Assembly (NCBI GenBank): GCA_021399345.1
Contig: JAAFKI010000051.1
Span: forward strand, 1-64,000
DNA length: 64,000 bases
Direction: 5' to 3'
From: Candidatus Heimdallarchaeota archaeon
GTDB lineage: Archaea; Asgardarchaeota; Heimdallarchaeia; Heimdallarchaeales; Heimdallarchaeaceae
Position numbers and translations under genes: made by a program. The notes below the pieces were generated by a model that was not told where the DNA came from, did no database searches, and worked only from the letters and a program-made list of their open reading frames with translations. Positions 10,478 to 19,523 of this stretch are shown one piece after another; the stretch's first letter is position 1, and the number at the start of each line of letters is the position of its first letter.

Positions 10478-11404
10478 ATGGTAATGAGTTTAGCAACTAA
10501 AATTGGTAATATAACAATTAGAAATCCAATGATACTGGCTTCTGGAGTTTTAGGGACGACTTATTCCACTCTAAATCGAATGTATGAAGCTGGTCTTGGA
10601 GCAGTAATAACAAAAAGCATTGGAGCTAAATCTAGATCAGGCAATCCTAATCCTAGTGTTTTTGCACTAAATGAAATTCGAAGCGTGATTAACTCCGTTG
10701 GATTGGCAAATCCAGGATACCAAATCTTTAGAGAAGACATTGAAATTCTAATGAAGAACTCTACTCCTACCATTGTTTCAATATTTGGTGAGAATAAGGA
10801 GGAATTTAAAGAAGTTCTTGAGGGATTAAAGGATCTTCCTGTACTAGCCTTTGAATTAAACTTTAGTTGCCCTAATACTGAGATGGGAGGAGCACAAATT
10901 GGAACAGATCCTGATTTAGTTTATAAAATTGTTAAGGAACTAAGAGCAAAAACCAAAACACCTCTCTGGGTTAAATTAACCCCCAATGTATCAGATGTAA
11001 TAGAAATTGCTTCTGCTGCAGTTAAAGGAGGATGTGATACTTTAGTTGCAATAAATACACTGAAAGCTATGGTTATTGATATTCACACTAAACAACCAAT
11101 TCTAGGGTATAAGAAAGGGGGCTTATCTGGTGCTGCAATAAAACCTGTTGGAATAAGATATGTGTATGATCTTTACGAGCATTTTGGGGATAAAATACCT
11201 TTGATAGGCGTAGGGGGGATTTTTAGAGGAGAGGACATAATAGAATACCTTTTAGCTGGAGCTTCAGCTGTAGAAATAGGAACTTCTCTAGGCGTTGCAT
11301 ATCCTGAAAATATGGTTAGATTCTTCCAGATGAAGATAAAGAAATATATGAAAGAACACCAATTTGGTTCAATTAGTGAAATAACCGGAGGTGTACACAG
11401 ATGA
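10478..11404 (+). CDS. pyrD: Dihydroorotate dehydrogenase class 1B, catalytic subunit
   Basis: NPMILASG, ELNFSCPN, VKLTPN, INT, GGLSG..IKP, IGVGGI. Confidence 0.95.
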   Translation: MVMSLATKIGNITIRNPMILASGVLGTTYSTLNRMYEAGLGAVITKSIGAKSRSGNPNPSVFALNEIRSVINSVGLANPGYQIFREDIEILMKNSTPTIVSIFGENKEEFKEVLEGLKDLPVLAFELNFSCPNTEMGGAQIGTDPDLVYKIVKELRAKTKTPLWVKLTPNVSDVIEIASAAVKGGCDTLVAINTLKAMVIDIHTKQPILGYKKGGLSGAAIKPVGIRYVYDLYEHFGDKIPLIGVGGIFRGEDIIEYLLAGASAVEIGTSLGVAYPENMVRFFQMKIKKYMKEHQFGSISEITGGVHR

Positions 11405-12252
11405 CGAATCAAACTCTTCTTAATGATAAACCAATTATGGGCGTAATTGTTGAAAAATGGGAAGAGTGCTTTGAGACTTATGGTTTCAAAATAGAACTAC
11501 CAGTTAAAGTTCAAAATGCTAAACCAGGACAATTTATTATGCTATGGGTTCCAGGAGAAGATGAATACCCAATAGGTATTGCAGGGTTGAAGGATAGTAT
11601 TCTAGAAGTTGGAATAGCTAAAATGGGTCCTGGAACAGAAGCTATGCATAAGAAAGAAGTAGGTGACCTAGTTGGAATCAGAGGTATTTACGGAAAACCA
11701 TTTACTCCACCAGAAGATGTGAATCACCTTCTAATTGGAGGAGGGTTTGGTATGACACCTTTGAAATTGCTTACTGAAACACTTATGAGCAATGAGAATA
11801 AGCAAAATATACATGTTTTTGAGGGAGCGCGATCAAAAGATAGATTAATGTATCTTGAGTGGTTACGAGACCTACACGATCGAGGTAAAATTATTTTTCA
11901 TGCATGTACAGACGATGGTTCGTATGGTTACCAGGGTTTTCCTACCGTTGATTTAGAAATGTTCCTTCAAGAAACAGAAACACCATCAGTGATTTATGCA
12001 GCAGGTCCAGAAAAGATGATGAAAGCAATTTTTGATTTAGGTAAGAAATTTGCTAATGTTGTTGATATGCAAATGAGTCTAGCTGATAGATACATGAGAT
12101 GTGGGTTTGGAGCTTGTTCTAGCTGTGCTGTGGACCCTACAGGTTGGAGGATTTGTGTGGATGGACCTATTTTTAACACAGAGAAACTTGAGAAAATAAG
12201 TGATTTTGGTGTCTACAAACGTCTTGAAACAGGCGAAAAAAAGAGGATTTAG
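11401..12252 (+). CDS. pyrK: Dihydroorotate dehydrogenase electron transfer subunit
   Basis: PGQFIMLW, GGGFG, TDDGSYG, MRCGFGACSSC..CVDGP 2Fe-2S motif; overlaps the pyrD stop. Confidence 0.93.
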   Translation: MTNQTLLNDKPIMGVIVEKWEECFETYGFKIELPVKVQNAKPGQFIMLWVPGEDEYPIGIAGLKDSILEVGIAKMGPGTEAMHKKEVGDLVGIRGIYGKPFTPPEDVNHLLIGGGFGMTPLKLLTETLMSNENKQNIHVFEGARSKDRLMYLEWLRDLHDRGKIIFHACTDDGSYGYQGFPTVDLEMFLQETETPSVIYAAGPEKMMKAIFDLGKKFANVVDMQMSLADRYMRCGFGACSSCAVDPTGWRICVDGPIFNTEKLEKISDFGVYKRLETGEKKRI

Positions 12253-12298
12253 GAAATTGTAGTTCTGCAAAATCTTATTGAAGATAGATTTTTCCTTT

Positions 12299-13078
12299 TT
12301 ATTTTGTATCAGAATAGATTTTTAGAACCTCAAGTTCAACTCTATTCCATTGTTTGATTTTCTCCCACCGTGATCCTATCCCGGCTATAATTACTATTTT
12401 AACTGGTTTAGCTTCACAATTTCTTACTAAATCTATTAGAGCAGTCTGTGTTGATCCAGATCTTATTATATCATCTACAATCAGAATTTTTTCTTCAGAA
12501 CGAATGAATTTAGTATCAACTCCTATAGTTTCAACTCTCCCTTGAGATGTTGATTGTATATCTGCAGTAATGAATATCGTAGTACCTAAAGGTTTTCTCT
12601 TTCTGGCATAGATACAATCAATGTTTAACAGATGAGCTAATGTCATAGCTATTGGAATGCCATCAACTTCAGCAGTAATTATCTTATCTACATCATGTGG
12701 GATAATCCCATGATATATTGCTAAAAACAAAATAGCTTTTAGTGTTTTAGAATCATTAAGCAAATGAAGATTAGATATTCGAATGTTGCCAAACTCATCT
12801 ATGTCTTTAATAATATGATCTGTAATAAGCTGATCAATTGACAAATTGAAACTTGCATCTTGAGTAAGTGCTCGTAAAAGTTCATCTTTTAGTTTGGATT
12901 TTGGTAAAGCTTTTCCATTAATATAACGTGAAAGATTGGCAATAGATACTTCTACTCCATTTCTTTCCAGTGCTGCTCTCATGCTATCAAGAGTGTCGAA
13001 TCCTTTAAAGGCCATCTGAAGTAGATTCAAGGTCATTAGTTTCTCTTGAGCATCTTTATAGCTCTCTGCTGAACTCAT
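12299..13078 (-). CDS. HTH + phosphoribosyltransferase-domain protein (PurR-like regulator)
   Basis: N-terminal SIANLSRYINGKALP helix-turn-helix; PRPP-binding ILIVDDIIRSGST; YARKRK. Confidence 0.8.
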   Translation of the reverse strand: MSSAESYKDAQEKLMTLNLLQMAFKGFDTLDSMRAALERNGVEVSIANLSRYINGKALPKSKLKDELLRALTQDASFNLSIDQLITDHIIKDIDEFGNIRISNLHLLNDSKTLKAILFLAIYHGIIPHDVDKIITAEVDGIPIAMTLAHLLNIDCIYARKRKPLGTTIFITADIQSTSQGRVETIGVDTKFIRSEEKILIVDDIIRSGSTQTALIDLVRNCEAKPVKIVIIAGIGSRWEKIKQWNRVELEVLKIYSDTK

Positions 13079-13200
13079 TTGAAATAATTCCCATATACAA
13101 GTATATTTTTGTTACTGTTGCTTTCAAATAATATTTCATTAGTTTGTGAGTATATTTCTGATAAACAAATTGTTAAATATCCTCATAAGAATCATTTTCC

Positions 13201-14013
13201 ATGGTTTCATCTCAGAATTCATTTCTTCAAAGGTACCAGAAGATTGTTTCACACAAGAATAGTATCTTGTGTATTGGACTTGATCCTGTTCTACCTTCTC
13301 AAAGAAGTAAATATACGATGAAGGATGATGATAGACTTGATTTCATGCGAACAATGATTAAAGATGTAGCTCCTCATACTTCTGTAATTAAAATGAATAG
13401 ACAGTTCTTGATTGGTCTTACCGCAGATGAAATAAGATCACTAAACATTCTCATTCATCAAAATGAGATGTTATCTATTATTGATCACAAATTGAGTGAT
13501 ATTGATTCTTCTAATGAATCAGCAATTTTCTGGTTTAAAGAAGAAGGATTTGATGCTTTTACATTTTCTCCATTTGGAGCCAATATTGAAAAAGCTTCTT
13601 TGCTTGCTCATCAAAAGGATTTAGGGATTATAGTTTTGACACTTCTTTCTAATCCAGAAGCTATTTTTTACAAGATTGCACAATTAGAAGAGAAACCTAT
13701 CTATCTTTATATCGCAGATCGGTGCAAAAGAGCTCAAGTTGACGGTTTTTGGATAGGGAATGCTGAGCATATAGATTCTAAGGATGTAGGACGAATTAGA
13801 GAAAGAATAGGAGACAATGTAGTAGCAATGACTCCATTGTATGGTAAACAACACCTCATTGTAAAAAGTACAATTTTTCACTATGATGGAAAATCTTTGA
13901 TAACAGTTGGAGGACCAATTATCTATTCAGATGATTCTGTTCAAAAAGCTGAAGAATATAAACTTCTTCTAAATGGATTTAGAGAAGAGATGTCTCAACG
14001 AAGAAACAAATAG
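13201..14013 (+). CDS. pyrF: Orotidine 5'-phosphate decarboxylase (divergent C-terminus)
   Basis: LCIGLDP, DHKLSDI catalytic motif, DAFTFSPF, SNP; lies near pyrDK. Confidence 0.8.
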   Translation: MVSSQNSFLQRYQKIVSHKNSILCIGLDPVLPSQRSKYTMKDDDRLDFMRTMIKDVAPHTSVIKMNRQFLIGLTADEIRSLNILIHQNEMLSIIDHKLSDIDSSNESAIFWFKEEGFDAFTFSPFGANIEKASLLAHQKDLGIIVLTLLSNPEAIFYKIAQLEEKPIYLYIADRCKRAQVDGFWIGNAEHIDSKDVGRIRERIGDNVVAMTPLYGKQHLIVKSTIFHYDGKSLITVGGPIIYSDDSVQKAEEYKLLLNGFREEMSQRRNK

Positions 14014-14019
14014 TTGCTC

Positions 14020-14610
14020 CTAAACACTCTTTTCCCAGCTTGAGAATACCATTTTGCCATCTTTTGTTGTTAGAAAACCTCTAAGTAACTTGCTTTTGTC
14101 TAATTCTGATCTACACATTGGACAGGATTTTTTCTTATCTAACCAATCAATGAAGTGTTTTACATGTCCAGCATAGTTGCATTCAGGGCATAGAATAACT
14201 TTAGTTTCGATTTGATCATCTATTTTAAATTCTTGCAAGCAAATTATGCATTTCTCTCCAGATATCGCCTCTTCAACAAGAGTAGCCCATTCTGAAATTT
14301 CAGGAGTTTCTTCAGCAAGTTCAATTTGATCTTTATCTTGAAATTGATTGAGTAAATTTGAAATTCTCTGTTTATTAACGAAGGATAAAGATGTAGAGTT
14401 ATCCACTTTCTGCTCTAAGTTTGTAAGTAATTTTGCTGCTTGTTGCTTAAAACTACTAACCGTCTTCTGAAAAGATTTCCCTATTCTTTCAGATACTCTG
14501 AGTTCATTTTCATCTGTTTCTTCTTTTACTTTTTTTCCACAAAAAGAACAGAAAAAACTTATGTCTAGTATTTCTTTTCCACAAAATGGACAGGATTTAA
14601 TTGAAACCAC
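14020..14610 (-). CDS. Zinc-ribbon plus RING-finger protein (putative E3 ubiquitin ligase)
   Basis: N-terminal CPFC..CSFC; C-terminal CIIC..CPEC..GHVKH..W..CPMC. Confidence 0.8.
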   Translation of the reverse strand: MVSIKSCPFCGKEILDISFFCSFCGKKVKEETDENELRVSERIGKSFQKTVSSFKQQAAKLLTNLEQKVDNSTSLSFVNKQRISNLLNQFQDKDQIELAEETPEISEWATLVEEAISGEKCIICLQEFKIDDQIETKVILCPECNYAGHVKHFIDWLDKKKSCPMCRSELDKSKLLRGFLTTKDGKMVFSSWEKSV

Positions 14611-14619
14611 CTACCTAAG

Positions 14620-15504
14620 CTAACCTTTTGGAATTTCCTTCTTAGCTTGACATTGAGGACAATAGAACCAACTACCTCCAGAGGGAGGGTAATATCTATA
14701 CATGCCTAAACCGCATGTATCACATACTTCAGAATGGTCTTCAAACTCAAGAGCAATTTGTAGGAAATCATGAGTTTCAAAAAAGTATTTGGCAAATTTT
14801 GTTGTTTCTAGGTTGAGTTCCGCTTCTCCAATCTCAACTAAAGCACCATGAATTTTATGGGTAGTTATATAATCGAAAGATTGGCGAGATTTTACTCGTC
14901 CTTGAGCTAATGGGTTCATTGTAATGTAAAGATTTTCAGATGAATTGACTATCATTTCAAGCAAACTTCTATTTTGAACACCAAAACCAAGCAGATTGAA
15001 AGGAATGAGGTAGATTTTGATATCAGGATTAGCTGTTATGAAGAATGAAACAGTACCAATTGGTTCAATACTAAATAACCCTATATGTTCAGTAAATTTA
15101 GAAACAACGTTAGAATATTTCAGAACTATATCAGTATCTCTTTGATCAGTAATAGAATAGTCTAAGAAAATCACAAAAGGTTTAAACTCTAAGGCTTGTA
15201 ACAATGTTGTGATTGTACTAATATCATCAAAACGGACGATAACCATTATGGGGAACTCTTTCATCTCTGCATGTAATGCATTAAGAAAATTTACCATTTC
15301 CTCATCATATAGATAGAACAAACATCCATTAGAACCAGCTTCTTTTAATCTCTTAAGTAAAGGTAGAAGAACTTCTTGATTCTTAATAGGAAATGTTTCA
15401 GGAATAGCATCAAAGTCTGCATAACGGACGAATCCAGAGATTACATCAGGAATGATATCTTTTAATTTATCCAATTCACTCATTAAACTCAAGAACATAT
15501 ACAC
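14620..15504 (-). CDS. Hypothetical protein, possible aldo/keto reductase-like barrel with C-terminal zinc ribbon
   Basis: PFNLLGF and MNPLAQGR segments; CDTC..CPQC at the C-terminus. Confidence 0.55.
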   Translation of the reverse strand: MYMFLSLMSELDKLKDIIPDVISGFVRYADFDAIPETFPIKNQEVLLPLLKRLKEAGSNGCLFYLYDEEMVNFLNALHAEMKEFPIMVIVRFDDISTITTLLQALEFKPFVIFLDYSITDQRDTDIVLKYSNVVSKFTEHIGLFSIEPIGTVSFFITANPDIKIYLIPFNLLGFGVQNRSLLEMIVNSSENLYITMNPLAQGRVKSRQSFDYITTHKIHGALVEIGEAELNLETTKFAKYFFETHDFLQIALEFEDHSEVCDTCGLGMYRYYPPSGGSWFYCPQCQAKKEIPKG

Positions 15505-15520
15505 AGTCTTTATTTAAAAT

Positions 15521-16795
15521 TTATCGCAATGAAGGGAGGTTTTTAGAAAAAAAATCATCATTTTTAACAAAAAGCTGAGATTTATCTTCTTTTTTTATCA
15601 GATAACTGCTTTTTCTTGTTTGAAGCATTTCAATTATGTGTCGAAAAACATGTTTTTCAAAAGGAAGAGTAAGGATTTCCTCAAATTTCATGAGACTAAT
15701 ATCTGAAGGTTTATTTTCCAATTCAATAGCAGCTTCCCGTATTTCGTATGCTTTTTGCCAAGATTCTTCATAAATCTCCCCCATGAGAAAAGCTATCCTA
15801 GACAGTTTAGTGGCCATTTCAAGATTTGTTCTTAATGTCCCTTCTGGAATATAACGCGGTTCAAAGAAATTTATTCCATATTCCTTACTCATTTGATAGC
15901 CTTGTTTTATTGGATTTAGTAATTTGTATTTTCCCCAAATTTCCATATCGGGTTGGCCATAAATTGAGTTATTTTTGTACAGCTCATCATACAGAATCAA
16001 TAACTCTGGGTAATATTCATCTATTATTTTCAGGAAATCTTCTTTGTTTCTTCCAGGTTTTAACGTTAATCCTCCAGTTATAACAAAATCTGCTCTAGCT
16101 TCTTTTAATTGCTGAAAAAGCTCCATAAGATTTGTCTTTGTATCTCCTATCCATGGAATTACAGGAGTTATATAACAACCTGCAGAAATTCCTTCTTCTC
16201 GAAATTTTTTGAGAGCTGAAAGCCTATCATTTGTTGAACTCGCATTGGGTTCAAAAATAAGTTGCTCTTGTGGGTTAGAGAGAGTAATTGTAAAAGCGAC
16301 CCTTGCAAATGTATCTAGATTGATTTTCTTTATCAAATCAATATCTCGTAGGACTAGAGCATTCTTAGTTAATATTCTAACTGGGAAACCATAATCATAA
16401 GCTACTTGAAGAACTTTTCTTGTTATTTCTAATTCTGCTTCAGCAGGTTGATAAACATCGCAAATATTGCCAAAAATATTAATGATGAATTTTGGATTAC
16501 CACTTGGTATTTTTTTTCTATTTGATTGAGGTATGAAATCCAAAAGGGTGTTTGTTTTTTCTCTATTGATTGGTAGAAATCCTTTGTTAATCAGATGTTC
16601 TTCAAGTAATTCAGGTGCATTAATCTTAGCTCTAATCTTATTACTATAATCATCATGCATGAAATACTCATCAGATTTTCCATCACAGTAAGAACAGTTG
16701 TGAAAGCATCCTTGATAAATATTCAAATGAATATGGTGAGGACTTCTCTTAGATGTCCGAATTAGCGATTTTGCTTCATATTTCTCAATAATCAT
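15521..16795 (-). CDS. Radical SAM protein, SplB/Rv2578c-like, with C-terminal PolX-N-like helical domain
   Basis: YQGCFHNCSYC, DVYQPAE, ILTK..LVLRDIDL, FEP.A, PVIPWIGD. Confidence 0.85.
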   Translation of the reverse strand: MIIEKYEAKSLIRTSKRSPHHIHLNIYQGCFHNCSYCDGKSDEYFMHDDYSNKIRAKINAPELLEEHLINKGFLPINREKTNTLLDFIPQSNRKKIPSGNPKFIINIFGNICDVYQPAEAELEITRKVLQVAYDYGFPVRILTKNALVLRDIDLIKKINLDTFARVAFTITLSNPQEQLIFEPNASSTNDRLSALKKFREEGISAGCYITPVIPWIGDTKTNLMELFQQLKEARADFVITGGLTLKPGRNKEDFLKIIDEYYPELLILYDELYKNNSIYGQPDMEIWGKYKLLNPIKQGYQMSKEYGINFFEPRYIPEGTLRTNLEMATKLSRIAFLMGEIYEESWQKAYEIREAAIELENKPSDISLMKFEEILTLPFEKHVFRHIIEMLQTRKSSYLIKKEDKSQLFVKNDDFFSKNLPSLR

Positions 16796-16871
16796 ACCAA
16801 TCTTCCAGGAATTACTGAGAAAATAACCACATTTGAATATTTAAAGGAGAAAATGAGGAAATTGGATAAAT

Positions 16872-16967
16872 TCAGCTGCGTTTGAATTCTACTCTGAATC
16901 CACCTTTAGGATATTTCCAATCAACGCTACCATGAGGACACACAATACGACAGATCCCGCACTCAAG
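16872..16967 (-). pseudogene. fixX: Orphan 3' fragment of fixX (last 31 codons plus stop)
   Basis: Translates LECGICRIVCPHGSVDWKYPKGGFRVEFKRS*; 79/96 nt identical to 19524-19619 by manual alignment; no in-frame ATG before the upstream stop. Confidence 0.93.
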
Positions 16968-19523
16968 TAATAATTTCAGAAAATCATTTAAAGATGAATA
17001 TATATTATTATACAGTATTACTGGGTGTGAGATGTTGTGAGTGATAGTAATTTAATAAAGCTAATCAATCCTATATTGATTGCAAGAGTTCCACGCGAAG
17101 AATATACTGAGAATCTCACACTACAGAATGTACTTTCAGCAAAAAAAGACAATATGAACAAATTTTGGGATGAAAAGATAGCATTAATTATCACATTTAT
17201 TGTTTCCATTGGATTCTTGATTCCTGCTGCGATTTATGATATGGTGAGTGTTTTTAGATCAAGTGAAAATTATTCTCAAATTTTACTTCTACCTCTAAAC
17301 ACACAATTTAAGTTGTTTTTATATTTTTCATTTCAGTTTGGTATCATTCTGTTTATAGCTCTAATTTTCTATTCAGCATTAAGATATTACTTGATTCAGG
17401 TTAATTATAGTCCAACAAATTACAAGTACAACTGCATAAAAAATGAGGATTTGCTATATATTCTACTCAATGAAGAAAATTGCTTAGATGAAATTATATT
17501 TTCAAAATGGAAAACTGCTGCTAATTTTGATGAGAATCATCAAACTGAAGAAAATCTACATTCAGGTGAAAGAGAGTATTTTCTTTTCTTTGCTAAAGAT
17601 TACTGGAACTGTCAATTTGCAATTCAGCCTGAATTTAAAGAAAAACTAAGTATGATTTGTATACCTTTCTTTTTAATGTCAACAATCATAATATTGGTAC
17701 CTTATATTCAAAAGATCAAGGGTAACTATTCATTTATAATAGTTCTAATAATTCCAGTTTTCGTTGTAATTGTCGTTCTTATATTATTATTAATTGAGAA
17801 AAAAATTAAGAAACCTTTAGGTTATATAGTCACAGTTCTAATTCTATTAGCTTTCATTGTAAATAATATAATGGTTGTTTTGTTTATTATATATACGAAT
17901 ATCTTTGCCTTTACAACCAATACTAAAAAACCTGGTTTTATAGCATCCTATTATAATATCTCTCTTTTTGCATTTTATTTCTATTCGTTTCTTGTCATAT
18001 TAAGCGTTTTAGGTTCTCTAGTTGATAGGAAAAAACAGATTCGCAGTTTTAAGCAACATTACAAAAAACAAATTATACGTATTGAAAAAACGGTTGCTCA
18101 AACAACTAATGATAATGGAGACTTAAATGGTAAATTAATCTTATTTTATAAAAAACAGAGTGTTTTTGAGAAGGCTTCGATTCTCCCATTAAATTTTGGA
18201 AAATACATTGTAGGTTTTACAACATATCTAGGTTTTATAAGTCTTATTTCAGCTATTTTTACTTACATTCTGAATACACTTTGAACCCATTCAAGTACAA
18301 AAATGATTTTTTAGCTTTAAATATGGAATACCGGTTATAGAATCAGGCGTTTTACTCAAAATAAATTGAATGATCTTTATGGAAGAGAAACAAGAAAAAC
18401 CATTTCAATGCGGAATATGTAAACGTAGATTTAAGCGTAAAGATTACCTAAAAAGGCATATGATGGTACATACCAAGGAGAAACCATTTCTTTGTGATAC
18501 CTGTGGCAAAGCTTTTTCTCGAAAAACTTCTTTAAAAAATCACTTCAGAGTGCATACAGGAGAGAAACCTTTCATATGTAAAGAGTGTGGAAAGAAATTT
18601 TCAGATAAAGGTAATCTATCAAAACATCTGAGATTGCATACGGGAGAGAAACCATATATATGCCATTTTTGTAATAAGGAATTTTCGAGATCTCATCATT
18701 TACAGTCTCATCTTAGAATTCATACTAATGAAAAACCATTTAGTTGTACATATTGTGACAAGTCATTTTCTAGAGAATTTATTCTGAAAAACCATTTGAA
18801 AATACATACAAACCAAAAACCATATGAATGTAATTTTTGTGAGAAAAAATTTCGTCAACTAGCTCATTTAGAAAGTCACCTTCGGATACATACTGGTGAG
18901 AAACCTTACTATTGTTCTGAATGTGGTAAGTCATTCAGAACCTCATCCTCCCTTATTAGCCATAAAAGAACTCATTCTGGAGAAAAACCATACAAGTGTA
19001 CAAGATGTGGAAAGGAATTTTCGAGATTATTTACCTTAAAATATCATATCAAAAATAATTCGTGTTGGTATAACAAAAAATCGTCTATTCAATGGGAAAA
19101 TTTGTGCAAAGATATAGCAGAAATTCTCTTTGAAGAAAAAAAATGGAAATGGAAACCTAAAATTCTTACCCCAGAATTGGTTAATAGAAAGTGGATAATT
19201 CCTGAAATCTTAGTATTCTCACAAAATGACAAAAAGGAGCTAATTGATGCAAAAAGATCCATTGATTCTATAAGAAAAAAAGATTTAGATGTATATCCAT
19301 TGTATGCTGATATTATACATTTCTGGTGTTTAGTTCCAACAAAAAGGAGAATTCAATCTAGTAATGTTAAAGTGTTAGATTCAGATGATATAATTGGTCT
19401 TCTAAAAAAGAAAGTATCTGAACAGAATTCTGAGAGAATAGACAAAATAATTTCACAAATTGAAATGTTGAAAAAAGGAATGATTATTAAAGATCAGACA
19501 ATTTTGTCTGACTTCAACGAAAA
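16968..19523. mobile_element. Putative genomic islet between duplicated fixX 3' ends (no integrase present)
   Basis: Flanked by diverged direct repeats 16872-16967 and 19524-19619; two cargo genes on the strand opposite to the flanking genes. Confidence 0.6.
17037..18284 (+). CDS. Hypothetical polytopic membrane protein
   Basis: 415-aa ORF with about 7 hydrophobic segments; very AT-rich. Confidence 0.7.
   Translation: MSDSNLIKLINPILIARVPREEYTENLTLQNVLSAKKDNMNKFWDEKIALIITFIVSIGFLIPAAIYDMVSVFRSSENYSQILLLPLNTQFKLFLYFSFQFGIILFIALIFYSALRYYLIQVNYSPTNYKYNCIKNEDLLYILLNEENCLDEIIFSKWKTAANFDENHQTEENLHSGEREYFLFFAKDYWNCQFAIQPEFKEKLSMICIPFFLMSTIIILVPYIQKIKGNYSFIIVLIIPVFVVIVVLILLLIEKKIKKPLGYIVTVLILLAFIVNNIMVVLFIIYTNIFAFTTNTKKPGFIASYYNISLFAFYFYSFLVILSVLGSLVDRKKQIRSFKQHYKKQIIRIEKTVAQTTNDNGDLNGKLILFYKKQSVFEKASILPLNFGKYIVGFTTYLGFISLISAIFTYILNTL

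Noticed and set aside
16861-16890. ATTGGATAAAT-TCAGCT resembling an archaeal dif/Xer left arm
   Set aside because: No matching right arm; the downstream bases belong to the fixX remnant.
16980-18310. 10-bp inverted repeat AAAATCATTT / AAATGATTTT flanking the membrane-protein gene as transposon ends
   Set aside because: Short, AT-only, does not extend, and there is no transposase or target-site duplication.
18370-19065. Zinc-finger array as eukaryotic contamination
   Set aside because: The ORF is intron-less, AT-rich like its surroundings, continuous with a non-KRAB C-terminal domain and overlaps the stop of archaeal fixX. Considered unlikely, but only read mapping can exclude it.
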